The notes under the pieces: generated by a model
The model's input: only the letters and a program-made list of their open reading frames with translations
Told to the model about the DNA's origin: nothing
Database searches by the model: none
Made by a program: the position numbers and the translations under genes
Shown: positions 34,673-48,514 of the stretch, piece after piece
How the letters are laid out: every line of letters starts with the position of its first letter
Position numbering within the stretch: the stretch's first letter is position 1
From: Ostrea edulis
Lineage: Eukaryota
NCBI RefSeq assembly: GCF_947568905.1
Contig: NC_079166.1
Location: 31,000,001-31,064,000 of the forward strand
Length of the DNA: 64,000 nucleotides
Direction: 5' to 3'

Positions 34673-35536
34673 GCTCATACACATCAAGTGAATAAAAAGT
34701 ATAGTTTGTATATGTTATAGTATTTACAATATATAGCTTAATGACGCACAGATTGAAAATTCAGCGCCAAGTTTCTAAACTTGCATTTCGCAAACTTCTT
34801 CATACCTTCACTATGCTCGAGAATGCCTCGGGTTCATTTTGTTACGATGCTGTGGAAAGAGAGTAATTCAGCAATCTTTAGCTTCGTCTTAAAATGAAAT
34901 CTTCGAGTAAATCTAAATGTCTATACACATGTGTAATAACGAATTTATGTTAAAAATTGCTAGGTTATTGAGGTGCTTAAATCTCTTTATAATAGCACTT
35001 CTCAACATTTTGTATCTTTCTTTTGATAGTAAGAGAAAGGGGCTGGTCCTTCAAATAAGGGGCCCAGAAGAGTCTAAAGTCTTTTAAGCATGTCTCCTGA
35101 GATACATGTATTTGTATTTTGTTATAAGTCATACAAGCGAAATTGTTCATCTTAACAATCCCCATCTAAAGATATCATTTTTAGGTCATATATTTCTTTT
35201 AAAGGACCAAACCGATAATATTTTGATCTCTTTTAACTTGAAAAAGACAAATATTTTGTAAAGCATCAATAAACAAAAATTGTTCAGAATAATGTTCTTC
35301 AGCATATGAACTTTCTATTTTTTTTATTATTTTTTTTTGATAAACGCTCACACTAGGAAGTAACAGGATTGACCCCTAAAAATACTCAAAACCGGTAACA
35401 AATTTCAAAATATTTATTGAACAAAAATTGTTCGTAAACATAACACTTTTTATATGGAGAAAAAGGGGTCGACTCTTCAAATAAGGGGCCCAGAAGAGTG
35501 TAAAGTCTTTTAAGTATATCTAATTCATGTTAAAAA

Positions 35537-35868
35537 TTGTTTAATGTCCCTCTCGAGTATTTTTCACTCATATGAAGATGTCACCAATACCGGTGAAGGG
35601 TTCAAATTAATTTAGGCCTGTGCCTATGCTCGGCGCTTACGGCCATTGAGCAGTGAGGGTTTGTTTTAGCGTGCCACACCTACTGTGACACGGGATATCC
35701 GTTTTTAAGGTCATCTCCACGGACCCGTGACATGCACACCTGATACCAAGCGTTTGGCGATGGAACTGCCACTACATGTTTAACAACTTAGGTCTGTCGG
35801 GGCCGGGATTCGAACCCCAACCTTCCGCATGCTTGGCGAACACTCTACTTCTAGACCACAGCGGAGGT
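35537..35868 (-). mobile_element. tRNA-derived SINE (second family)
   Basis: Reverse strand has a tRNA-like head (GGTCTAGAAGTAGAG..GGGTTCGAATCCC), a conserved body and an ATGAGTGAAAAAT..TTAAACAAT tail. Confidence 0.85.
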
Positions 35869-35999
35869 TAAAAACAATTTTGTGTCAGTAGAGTTTTTAT
35901 ATCAAATTATTAAAGCCATGATGAATTACTGATTTTGACATTATAAAATCCATCGTCTATCTTGTTGAAGGACCATGCATGTCTAGTGTCAAAGAACCT

Positions 36000-36560
36000 G
36001 TCTTCAAATTAAACCATCATGGTTTGCATCCATCCAAACAATGTTGGATCAGTTTTCTGAACTTAAAAAATATAGATCTATCAAATCAAAGTCCCTATTC
36101 GTTTAAAAAGATGTTGTCAAATATTATAAGACATTATTTTATAATAATAAAGAAAAGGAGCAGCAAAGCAATGATAAACTAACAATGTATGTTGCATTGA
36201 AGCACAACTTTGGAAGAGAACACTACCTCTCTATTGTTAATAACTTCGATCAGGGGAAGAGTATAACTAAACTCCGCATGTCTGCACATCAATTAAATAT
36301 TGAACAGGGAAGATATACAGGACTTCCTCCTGAGTTATGATTATGCTTCCAATGTGATATGCAGGAGGTTGAAAACGGACATCATTTCTTGTTTGTTTCT
36401 TCAAAATATAACATTGAGATGTTATATAATCAATGGAAATCATCTCAAGAATCAACTCACATTTCTCCTTTTTTGGACGTCAACTGAAAAACTGGTATGG
36501 ATGTTAAATAATGAAAGGAAAGAAAAGTTGAAAGGAAATATAATTATTATTATTATTATT
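36000..36560 (+). mobile_element. Degraded LINE ORF2 C-terminal fragment
   Basis: KLTMYVALKHNFGREHYL..TKLRMSAHQLNIEQGRY...*LCFQC...ENGHHFLF, with an in-frame stop. Confidence 0.75.
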
Positions 36561-39228
36561 ACTTTTCAAAACATTTATAAACATACAAGACAACTTTCAT
36601 CCTTGCATTCACACAGTTGGGAAGAATAATTAAAAATAACATGAGTAGCATTTTAAAGTAACAGCAATTAAATCATTTGAAACGTGAAGTTATTCAAAAT
36701 GACATTTTATGTTTGCTTGAAAAGTTTATTTTTGAAAACAGTAAAAGAACCATGTATAAACATCTGTATTTTCACGTACATGCAGGTTTTCGAGAGTTTA
36801 TCTTTTTGTTGTTTTAAAAATGCAAAAGAACCTTAAATGTATGGGTGCAATATATACATGCATTATCATCTACTTTTACACATGAGTACAATCATATTTC
36901 ATCATGAATATTGGAGACAATAGTGCCTGGTTAGGATTATATAATAAGCTATATAATGTTGAGTTTCTGTAGAAATAATGTTTAAATTATAATTCTTTTT
37001 GTTAGCAATGTCTTCCGGGACCCTTGACTGGTCAATGAAATATTTTGTATATAGAAGGTCTTCTGAGATAATCAACTACAGTTAAAACTGCCATTGCGAC
37101 ACGCTGAATGCGATTCACTGTCGTATGTGACCGTAAAATCACTTTTTACCACCAGAGTAACATTTCTAGATATCATAATTACCAGGAAAAAAAGGAAATT
37201 AACTCTGCATAGTTATACTCTAGATAGTAGCTGGCTAATAGTAACTTCCTTGGTCAGGGTGTGATGGATGTGCATTATACAAACGTTAACCTTAAAAAAG
37301 AAAATTCCAATCTGTAATTTAACTGTTTAAAAACAAGTAAATAAATGGATTCAACAGAAAACACAACTAAAATAAATAAATAAACAAACCTTGCATACAG
37401 TTTATAGCATGACTAGAGTTATCGTTCCTCGGCCTCTCACGAACATTGTGTTCAGGATCTGTAGAGTTTGTTTTAGGACAGCTATAAAAATCTTCCTTGT
37501 GTACGATACATTTAACTGTGCGATTTTTAAAAAATATAATATCCAACTCTTTGATCTTTACTAAATTGTGTTATATGTAATTTATACAGAGATAGAACAC
37601 GTGCCTCTTTGATTACAAGACATCAGTTTGCATTACTGATCTAACTGATTAGACCCTGCAATATTTTAGCCTTTACTCTGAGTTATGTAAACAAAAACTC
37701 GAATCTTTTTATGTTTTACAAACAAACCAGTGAAATGCATGTTAATTTTGTAATTTAAAGCATCTAACTTTTGTACCGTCACTTTAGCTGTTAAATGACA
37801 CAATTTACCTAAAATATACTTGAAATGTGATTGATATCCATATTTATTTATTTATGAAAACTTCGTAAACAATAACAATTTTAATGATAATAAACTCTCT
37901 ATAATGAGCATCTGTCCTGATATATAACCTTATTTTTTTGTGAAATCTTTTAAGCATGAAATTCCTTTTCTACTTACACATATACATCCCTTGATTTCAA
38001 GAAGCTCGGTATATATTTAGATATTTCACAAATTATATGAAGCTGTCAAAAGGACAGAGGGGGTGGGGCGGCCCTTGGTCGACTCATTTTCGTCATACAA
38101 GTCTTCGTTGCTTCAAACCCGGGCGTGTTTTTGTACAGGAATTTCTTATTCTCAATGTTTGATGTTCTTATCAGTACAAAATGACATTCAGTTAAAAAAC
38201 ATTAGGCCGGGGGGGGGGGGGTATAAAATGTGTTGAGTGTGTGTACCCTATACTCAAACCCATTATCCGTGTCCCGAAGTCATACTCATTCTCACAAGTT
38301 GTACATTTGTTGTGTATAGATCATTGTGTGTAGAGGCACATAATCGACAACTAAAGAACTCTTCCGGATGTCTCCCAACTTTTGATGATTTCCGAGGGCA
38401 CATGGATCAGAATCTTCTACACTGAGTAAAGGTTTGAGTACGAAGTACGTTTTTTTTTTTTAGAATGTTATCAATATGTTTTTATAGTGCTATGAAACTT
38501 TAATGTATCATATATAGTTTTAACTTTCCAATTCAATACACGAAAGTATTCACGTTTTCTTTTAAAAACACGATCACATCCCCATTTTATGTACTGCAAA
38601 CAGATTTAGATATTAGAGGAAAGTTTATAGCAAATCAATCTTGATTTCCTTTATGATATACTTTGAAATATGAGTATTATGTAAAGAGCTTTAGTCAATC
38701 TTGACGGCGTTATAATAACAATATGTGTATTATGAAATGTGAGTATTATGTATAAACCTTTAAAATAGTCAATATTGACAGCGCTATGATAATAAAGTAA
38801 TAGGTATTTAAAATAATAAGCAATTATATGATAGTTTATATCAATATGTAAAAGAATGAACGTTTATATAGGAATTCATATGACTGTGTTTCCTCAAACC
38901 GATAGGATAAAATTCATTTCAATCTTTTAAAGGGAAAGCAAAGGTGATTTTGTTCAATTTTTAAAAGAATTAAAATGAGTCATTTAGATGAGCCATACAA
39001 GTCATTATCGTTAAACAATAACAATTTATAATGCATTTATTTAAAATTTTAAAACAATATTACAATTATGATATTTGAATTACGTCCCCTGAATTTTTGC
39101 CTTATAAAATTCAATATGTTATATAGCACGCCTCCAAGTGTCACTTGTGACGAACATATAATAATTTCGATGTTGATAAATATCATTCATTCATCTTTTT
39201 TCATAATGTTAGAAAGGAATAAGATGAA

Positions 39229-39913
39229 CAAGGGCAGATCCAGCAGAGAGGGGGGTGGGGGTGTCGGGGGACCCCCCCCCCCTTTTCGCGGACCAAAAAG
39301 TTCAAGAGTTATTCAATTTTAACGAGTATTTGAGTCAGAATTATATAAAAGGTGGATATATGTACTTACATTACTCAAATTTATCAACACCAGTATATCA
39401 TTTAATTGATTCTAAGATAAATAAGACCACTGATATCTATTAACGATATTTTCGTCAGATACAAGTATCACTAACGGATTCTTAAAAAGTATATGTAACA
39501 TAAAAGTTTTGTTTAAGAAGTAGACAATTTGAAAGTGTAAAAGAAGTGCCAGGAAATGCTCAGAATGCAGGGTTTTACACCATTTACTCCAGAGCTTTGG
39601 GGGCCTAGGCGGTCCTCAGACCCTCACCTATTGGGAGTAACCTTTAAATTATCTTCTTCCCCCCCCCCCCCCCCCTCTTTTTCATTGCGAAATAAGGTCT
39701 GAGTATGGAGACTGGAATGATTAGAGTTTTGGAAACAAGTACATGTAGTATATATATAAACTAAGCACTTTCATGTATGAAAGGTTGTCACATAATTTCC
39801 CCAAGATGTTCTGTACACCAGCAAAGGGTAAATGAGGGTAGGGGTGGTGGTTGTGAAAAGTACAAGTGCTAGCACCCCCCCCCCCCCTTCACAAATTCCT
39901 GGAGCCGCCTATG
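39229..39913. mobile_element. MITE with G/C-tract subtermini and 5-bp TSD (atgaa)
   Basis: atgaa|caagggcagatccag ... ctggagccgcctatg|atgaa. Confidence 0.7.
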
Positions 39914-41964
39914 ATGAATCAGGGTGAGAGAAAAAAATCATCAAAATGAACTAAGCTATCTCTTCTAATGCAGAAACTCACTTGACATTAAACTCTTCAT
40001 AACCAACAGACAGAGGCTCTCCGAATATTTGGGTACCCTTAATACGCTTGTTAGAGAAAAGAAACCAGAGGCTCTCCGAATGTCTGGGCACGCTTGTTAG
40101 AGAAGAAAACGGCTTTTTACAGAAATCTTGTAAAAGTTTCTTTGATCCAACATTTATGTTTTGGACTAAATATCTAGTCATATTATGATATGTTTTTGGT
40201 GCAATTAAATTATTGCTTACTGTAAATTGTTTAAAATCGCCGTTTTCTGATCATAAATTTGGAACTACTTCGTAATATGCGTATGAATGTAGGATATACA
40301 CGTGGTGGAGATTTAAATGTAAACATGGAATCAAAAGTAAGAAAGGCTGTAAAAATACGATAAAACTTGTAAAATAAGAGAGAAACAGCTAAACGGTAAA
40401 TATGCACTTATTAAAGAGTCAGTTGGCTATGAAAAGAGCCTGATGTATCACCTGTTGCCTGAATTTTAAAGGGAAAGGAAACCGAGAATGATTGTTTATA
40501 TCATGTGATTATATTGTCACGTGATTCCAAGCGTTGACAGAAGTGTATGTGAAGGAAGAAAACCCAGAGGCTCTCCGAACATCTGGACCCTAAATACGCT
40601 TGTTAGAGACCTGTAATAATCACATTTACAAAGCTCTTTCTAAGATTGTAGGGATGCGTGAGAAGGTTGATACAAATCATGATGAACACCCAATGACTGA
40701 TTTTTTAAATTTATTTATCAAGTGGATTAAAATCAATTACCTGCCCAATGATTCGTCCGTTTCTTTTGACAGAGATCTTTATCAATAACAGGATACGAGA
40801 TTTTACATGATATTAGGAAATTGGCTGGAGATTTATGCAATACAAGTATATTTATTTCCACAAGAAAAAAAAAATCATTTAGAACAGCTAGTACAATTTG
40901 ATTCATTGATCAATACAGTAATGGTTTCGAACTTCGTCGCTTTGTATCAAAGTTGCCCCACCCCAAGTTTTCCCAATACACACGACTCTAATTTTTTTTT
41001 TTATGAAACTTAAATTTAATATTTAAAAGATACTCCGCGTGTTTATTATATTCACTTACCTGCAAGTGTAAACCTCTTTACATACAGAATCTCACATGTC
41101 GTTTTCATTGTACTTTAAACTTAAATATTTGAAAAATAAATTTCAATTTTTAAAAAGCACGAGAGTATGAACTGCGACGCCTCGCGCTGGGTTGCATTTC
41201 ATACCTTTATGTATTTTCAAAAACGAATTTTATTTCTTAATTACAATCTACTTTCATTTAGAGTTGGAATTCCCGGTCGTTATTTAAAATGGTCGGACTA
41301 CATCAAGATTCATACTCGCATTGATCACAACTTCATCGCATTCACGAGGAAATGTACTGTGTCATTATAATTTGTAGATACATGTATCAAAGGCAAAACA
41401 CGGGAAATTGATTGTATTTTTAATCTTATTTATTATCTATAAAAAGTTATGGTTTCAAAAATATCAGCACGTGCGAATTCAAAGAAAAATTCAAAACAAT
41501 TTAAGTTTTGACGAACACATGAATTATGGGTTTTTAAAATCAAGAGATTATGGAGAACTTTTAAAAAGTAAATAGAAATGCAGTTATCCGGGATGTAAAC
41601 AAGTCGAATTCACCCCACACGTCCCGCTACACTCCCAGTTCGGCGGGGGTAACAATATCTACACCTTTAACCGGAATCTGCAATTTGAAATCTTTTGTTG
41701 AAATGAAATCGATGGCATTAAGTCGTTAACTCATAAAACGTCCATCAAATGGTGTGTAAGTGTGTGGCCGATTGTCTGTAACATTCAGTGACATTGAACA
41801 ATAGGTTCAGGATCCAAGCAGACGAGAGAGGATAGAGCGCGGGATTCCCTGTGTGGCAGTAACTGAAGCTGAGTCAAACGAGAGCTGACGTTAGCGTGCA
41901 CTCTCCCGCACGCCGCGGTTTATAGTATTTTGCAACATGGACTTATAGACTGACACAGAACGAG

Positions 41965-42081
41965 ATGACACTCAGTTTCCTCCATGTATTATTATTTTGC
42001 GTGGTATTCTTTGGAGAAATATTTTTTGTAGCTTTCTGTGCAGCTAGTCAGCAGTGTTTAGACTATTGTAATTCTAAAGAG
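41965..42081 (+). CDS. Exon 1 of a secreted or type-I membrane Cys-rich protein, ROS1/sevenless-like
   Basis: MTLSFLHVLLFCVVFFGEIFFVAFCAASQQCLDYCNSKE (signal-peptide-like), then GAG|GTAAGA donor, phase 0. Confidence 0.75.
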
Positions 42082-44146
42082 GTAAGAGTTTGTCATTAAC
42101 TGACCATTTCCCACAGATCTTTGTGGGATTTTATATCATTTTTCATTCATAATAACATTTTTGAACAGCAATTGAGCGTTTTAACTCCCGTAAAACCCGT
42201 TCAATAGCTTGTTTCCATGCAATTATACGGCTATTATTTGTCATCTGGTTTCAGTTGACCTTTGAAACATTCCGTCCTTCTCCGTCAAGCCTGTTGTTTT
42301 TAAGAAACTTGCATGCAAATGCACAATGTGAAAGAGGACACTTTTCTTTATAACGTTCGTTAAATAATACTGCATATACATAAGCGGTTATCTTGTATGT
42401 TTGGTCTTTCTTTATGAGCTGCGATGTCACTGAGTCTGCTGCGAAGCTAGGAGCTATGAAACTCATTAAAATTTTGGATAAGTTCGTGAGCTAACCTCTT
42501 TATGACTTAATTAAAGCTGTCTCCCCATCTAATCACACCCTTGATCTTTTTCAGTGTGTCACAACAAATAATTATTTTAACATCAGCGGGGAGGTGTTTT
42601 TTCCAGAGTTTTCGTGTTTTGAGTCGGTTACCGCGAAAAATCGCCGTAAATCTCGAATACTTTGATAAACTCCAGCTAAAGAAAACTCTGCTGGGGGATT
42701 GTGTCCATGTCGAAGAGTTTTCTTTCCCACAACCAGCTGTGTAAAGCATCCTGTGACCTCCAACTTCTCATTATCAACAATTAATTATCTTATCACAACT
42801 GAATTATTCTTTGCAAGATGAAGGGGAAAGGCTAGCTAGTGGTAAAATTGTATAAGAAGAAAAAAAAGGGAAAGAAAAGAATAAAAAAAAACATGGCAAG
42901 ATTTTACTATGGACTGCAAAACTATCCTATAGTTTTTCCCCCGAAAAAAAAAGAGAGAAATACAATCACCCCCTAAAAACCGCCCCCTGTGGCAAACCAG
43001 ATTCTCGGGAGACTTTCTCACGGTGTTTCAAAATGTCATGTACACCACTCCTGATGGCTGACATATGCTGAGACTGGGACATTAGGAAACCAGGCCACAA
43101 CTTGTTTCGTTTTTATGCCTTTCGTAAATAAAAGAAAAACATCTTTGCCTTGAGTCGGTGCGTTTGTTACAGCACGCAGAAATGAAAAGTGTCATAGATA
43201 GTTAACAGACGACGGCTGAAAAATGACCCCAGCTTTTCTTTGAAATTATGTGAAAGATAACGGACATGACCTTGTAATACATATATTTCTCATTGAAATA
43301 TTTTCTTTAGTTCATAGTTCAATTTTACTTGTAGTTTAATTCAGTCTCCATTATTACAGATCGTCTGCCGAGAGAGACAAATGATGTGTTCCACCATTTT
43401 CACGGAATTTTTTTTTCGTAAAATGTATTTCTTAATTTGTGCAGCACAGGCTGGCGACAAAAATTAGCAGTATCTTCGGAGCTCACACAGAAAATGTGAT
43501 GGCTAAACCAGTTTAATCAAATACAGAAATGAAATTCATCTTAAATACAAACAAATGTGTACCCCAGTCTGGAGTCAAGAGCTTAAATAAATATACGAGA
43601 GTCAGTGAATGATTTCTCCCTGGTTCATGTATTTGATTTTCCTCTAAATTTTAATTTCGTACTAAATAACACATAAAAAATAAATAAGAAATGGCATTAC
43701 GTCAACAACAAAGCAGAAACGAAAAATGGCGCTAAAGTTTGTCTTACCATATGGTTAGTGCCAAAACATGTTTAATTTAATATGTCGTCTGAAGGTTATT
43801 TTCACAGACGTCGAATTTCATAAACTTCTTTTTGTTAAGATACAGATGTCTTTGGGGGAAAAAATTCATCGTAAACTTAGGCTTAGTCTAGATCTCAATT
43901 CTACGATGATTGGTACGTCCGCTCCAAAATTTAAAAGCTCCCTCTCTCTTTCTCTCTCCGAGCATGTCTGATTTTTAATTCTACATAAAAATATCTCAAT
44001 GGCATAGGGAGGTATATTCATGACTAATAAAACATTCAATTTGTACAAAAATAAGAGAAACCTAATAAAGCTACGTCAGATAACCGCTTTTAGTGTAAAG
44101 AAATATGTAAGGAAGAATTAGTGTCTTGCAAAACAATAATTATTCA

Positions 44147-44327
44147 CAGGCGCGGATCCAGAAATTTTTTCCAGGGGGGGGGGGGGTCGAACCTTTTCAC
44201 AAAATCGAACCCGTGATATAATTCATTTTTCTTATAAATCGTTATATTGTATTTTTTTTATCTTTGCAAATTCCAGGGGTGGGTGGGGGGTCCGGACCGC
44301 CCCCCCCCCCCACTAGATCCGCGCATG
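44147..44327. mobile_element. MITE with poly-G/C subtermini and 5-bp TSD (attca)
   Basis: attca|caggcgcggatccag ... ctagatccgcgcatg|attca. Confidence 0.75.
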
Positions 44328-44756
44328 ATTCAGTCCAAATAATGCACCATTAACTTCTTACGTTTTGAAATAACGTTGATAATATCTTTTAATTGATTTT
44401 GTCCTGATCTTACTCTCTTATTTCTTTTCAATCATTTTTGTTGTTGTTGATGGAATAAATCATCAACCCCTGATCCTCAATACCTGTAAAACTGGCGGAT
44501 CCCAAAAACTGTTCGGGGGAGGGGGGGAGGGGTTGTCATCCAAGTTTGTACCTTCTCCACCCAAGAAAGGGAGGAGGTAAATACCCCCAAAATGGCAGAA
44601 ACTGCATGATAAATTTAAAAAAATTCAACCATGGGGCGGGGTGTTGGGGGTGTTTGTGTTACAACTCCCGTTCGCCACTGTAACATACAAATGTTAAAGT
44701 AGCAAACTTCACACGGCCTTACTCTTTTTAAACAGAGGGGCGGATGTAGGCTATCT

Positions 44757-44858
44757 CACAGGTGCTTGGGTCACAATATATGAATACACATCTAGTCTTA
44801 TACATATGTATGTATAAGGTTAGATGTGTATTCATATATTTTGACCCAAGCACCTGTG
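44757..44858. mobile_element. 102-bp near-perfect palindrome, probable mini-MITE
   Basis: cacaggtgcttgggtca..atacat(atgt)atgtat..tgacccaagcacctgtg, with flanks ggctatct / ggctatat. Confidence 0.7.
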
Positions 44859-45364
44859 GGCTATATCTCTCCACATCTCAACTGAGAATTCCATTGGATA
44901 CATGCCCTGCTTAGAAATAAATTTCTACGTCCTTTTTTGATGACATCACAATCCCCACAAGAGAATGGACAGCACGGTGGTACATTTGAACTAATGGACC
45001 CTTGGCCAGTTAGCATTGCTGAATGTACTGCACTTTCAGGTTTTTAAAATCACAAATCACCGACTAGGCCTATTGTTAAGCCTATATATTTTCCTCATCG
45101 CACTACCCAGGCCCGTAATCGAGGAATTTTCGGAGGGGTAAAGAAGACCTAAGATTTCCTAGAGGGGTTCGAACTTATCTTAATTCATAAATATAAACAC
45201 ACATAGGGTGCGAATGCAGCCGTTGCACCCCCCCCCCTTCATTGTTTACGGATGTGGGTTGCATACAGGCATGCGCATTTAATTAATAGGTTTCCGAGTT
45301 TGTTGGAAGGTAGAGCACACGGGTTTGTATTTTATATTCATTATGTAGTACACTGTACAGCTGT

Positions 45365-45552
45365 TACTGTATTATGTATACAGTGGTTTAATGACTGATT
45401 ATTACTGTATTATGTATACAGTGGTTTAATGACTGATTATTACTGTATTATGTATACAGTGGTTTAATGACTGATTATTACTGTATTATGTATACAGTGG
45501 TTTAATGACTGATTATTACTGTATTATGTATACAGTGGTTTAATGACTGATT
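45365..45552 (+). repeat. 38-bp perfect tandem repeat x5
   Basis: Unit tactgtattatgtatacagtggtttaatgactgattat. Confidence 0.97.
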
Positions 45553-45659
45553 AGTCCAATAAGACCAGAACAAACGTATGTTTCTCCAAGATGCCGGTTA
45601 TTATTGTGCCCGAGGCCAGTGACCGAGGGCAATATAAAACATGGGGCTGTTCCACAGGG

Positions 45660-45745
45660 ACTAAGCCCATTTTGGGCCCGAACTCTGTGATACCATAAAT
45701 GTATATTTATAGTATCACAGAGTTCGGGCCCAAAACGGGCTTAGT
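45660..45745. repeat. 86-bp palindrome
   Basis: actaagcccattttgggcccgaactctgtgatac.. / ..gtatcacagagttcgggcccaaaacgggcttagt. A similar single arm lies at ~8692-8722. Confidence 0.8.
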
Positions 45746-46618
45746 TCGTGTGGGCTGCTCTCAACACCGAGGGGACAATATGTCTGATGGGACATTAAAT
45801 AGCTGTTTTATATTACCCAATGTACATGTATAAAATTATATTATGTAATCAAATCATTTCTTTAATATTAAGATTTAAAATTGTTGAAGTTATTTATTTA
45901 TAATGTATTTTTTCATAAGTGTAACTTGGCAAATGATATACAATTTATAATCTTTCCAAAAGTATTGTAACTTCTCGAAATCTAAGAAGGTAATAATTCT
46001 ACTTAAATGAAGTGTATACCTTAACACATCCAGTGACGTTTTGATTGAATTCTTTGTAAATTTGAACGTCCTTATTTTCAAGAACATTAACCAGATCTTC
46101 TTCCTGGAATTCTCACAGAAGCTGTGGTGTTTATTGTTGTCTGTACATTATTGTATTCAATTATACCACGTTTTCCTCAGTAAATGCGTTACCAGTCCGA
46201 TAGACAGATGGTCCAGAATTCAGGAACTATTGACTGGCAGTCCGATATAGTGTGTACTTTCTAATTAGTACTTAAATAGTTCAGACAGATCATGCACACA
46301 CAAAAAAATAGTCAAAAATGCTACATATTTAATAAGACAATAAAATCTGGTCGTGGAATTGTTTGTTATCTACACATCTACAATGTTTCCTTAATTCTTG
46401 CATTTAAATAAACTTAATATTGTCTTCTCAATGAAGTGAAATTTATGCTTGGTTTTGATATATATACATTGTATTTATGTGTAAACTATAAGTAATTATA
46501 TCTGACTGTTTTCATAGTTTTGTTTATGATGTTGCATATTGTTTAATTTAAACAGTTGTTTCACAGCCACAGAGTAAACTGTTACACAGTTTAGCATCTC
46601 AGTGATTGTCAATTAGTG

Positions 46619-47205
46619 CAGGGCTCAACATTAACTTTTTTTCCTACTTGTCCATTCGGACAAGGGACAAAGATATTTACTTTTCCGAACTTCAACTTCA
46701 CTTGTCCGAAAAATTTTCAAAAAAGGATCTAAAATTGTCAACTTGAAAATTGTATTTAATTTACTTAATATATAGTCTATTTTTATACCTGCTTGATTGA
46801 ATTTTTTATCTTATTCTCTTGATAAAAATAACAAACGCATAAAACAAAATTTTTTCTAGACTTCCTGTTTTGAATCAATGACTTCCTGTTTTGAATCAAT
46901 GACTTCGTAAGATCCATGGATGATTGAAAGTAGTACGCAATAAGTGAACGTGAACACCAATCCCGATTGAGTTTGACTCAGCTAGTTTACATAATGATTG
47001 ATATCGGGATTGAAGTTCATTTTCCATGCATTACACATGTACTTCCGACTCTCAACTACCGATAAACTTTTCACAAAATTGTTTGGAGACTTCTTTACAT
47101 AAAAAAGCACTTGTCCAATCGGACAAGTGCCCATCAATATTCACTTGTCCGAAATGTTTTTCCACTGGTACTGGACAAGCGGACAAACGTTAATGTTGAC
47201 CCCTG
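46619..47205. mobile_element. hAT-like MITE with 5-bp TSD (tagtg)
   Basis: tagtg|cagggctcaacattaac ... gttaatgttgacccctg|tagtg, with subterminal cggacaag repeats. Confidence 0.8.
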
Positions 47206-47926
47206 TAGTGATCAAGACAATTGACAGTTTCACTTTCAATATGGCTAAGTTTAGTACTGTTACTGATGACAATTAGCTGGGAGTTTTACCATGTACAAGA
47301 AATGTCATTCAAGGAGCAGTGAAGGTACTGCTATATAGTCCCAGAATCTACAAATTGAAATAGATAACAGCTTTTCCAATACACTGTATGTTTAATCTGT
47401 ACTGTTGATATTGTAAAGAAATGCTGATAGTGATTATTATTTGCATGGTTTTGTTATTAAAGAATTACATAGTAGGTTAGGTAATGAAACTGTCATTGCA
47501 TGGCTTCTGGGTACCACTGAATGGTTGTCCCTGGGTAGAGGAAGTGACCTGGAATGATATTCCTCTCGGCTATATGGGCAACATTTTCCTAGGTTATCTC
47601 CCCTTCCTCAACACAATGGTTTTGACTGGCACCCAAGAAGCAATATGTGTATATTATCTCATCTGTAATCATTGGCCTTTTTAAATTGTACTAATTTCTT
47701 TGTGACATTATTTTTGTAGACATCCATGTGTAAACATGAATGTATGGACAAGGCATTGGGGCTTTTGATGCTTCAATATCACTGCATACATTTTTACTTA
47801 CATCATTGTGCTCATATTCTTATATGTGTAGTCATCCATCATATTCAGTATACATATATATATATATATATCATATGAAACACGAAATTTGAAAAATTTC
47901 AAAAAAGCCTATTTTCGTTTTTTCAG

Positions 47927-47986
47927 ATAAATTCTGGCCCAGACGTTAATGATTTGTATTGTAACCATGAGTGCAAAGTGAAACAG
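47927..47986 (+). CDS. Exon 2 of the same gene
   Basis: Strong acceptor ttttcgtttttcag|, INSGPDVNDLYCNHECKVKQ, then |GTGGGT; phase 0-0. Confidence 0.75.
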
Positions 47987-48514
47987 GTGGGTGACATTTC
48001 GGTGTATCGTTCCGACATGTGTCGTTGCGATATCTGTCGTTACGATATATGTCATTACGATACATTCTAGTTTATTCATGGACACAATGATGTAACCATA
48101 CATAAAAGAAGCATGTTGGGTTTGCTGTTGCCCCCACCCACCCCCACCCCCCCCCCCCCCAAAAAAAATCAAGAGGTTGATGTTGCAGCTTATAAGCAAA
48201 AGTGCTTCATTGGAAATAGCTGTATGGACACCTGGTGAAGATTACTGTGGGGCACCTGTTTAACATAGCTGCAGATACTTGTGGAGCACCTGGTTGAGAT
48301 AACCGGGACACAGAATTAAAAGCTTTGGGTCACCTGATGAAAGAGCTATGGAGTACCTAAGTAAAAACTGCTGTATGGAGGAATAGGATAACCTGGGGTA
48401 TTTAATTAAGATTAAGGGCACCTAAAATAGCTGTAGTTTGCAATGGAAAAGATGTGGGGCACTTGATTAAAACATTGAAATAGGTATAGGGCACCTGGTT
48501 CACGTAGCTCTGGG

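Noticed and set aside
44490-44680. Fourth G-tract MITE as another 5-bp-TSD example (also ~45110-45255)
   Set aside because: The termini are too degraded and the flanking duplications do not match.
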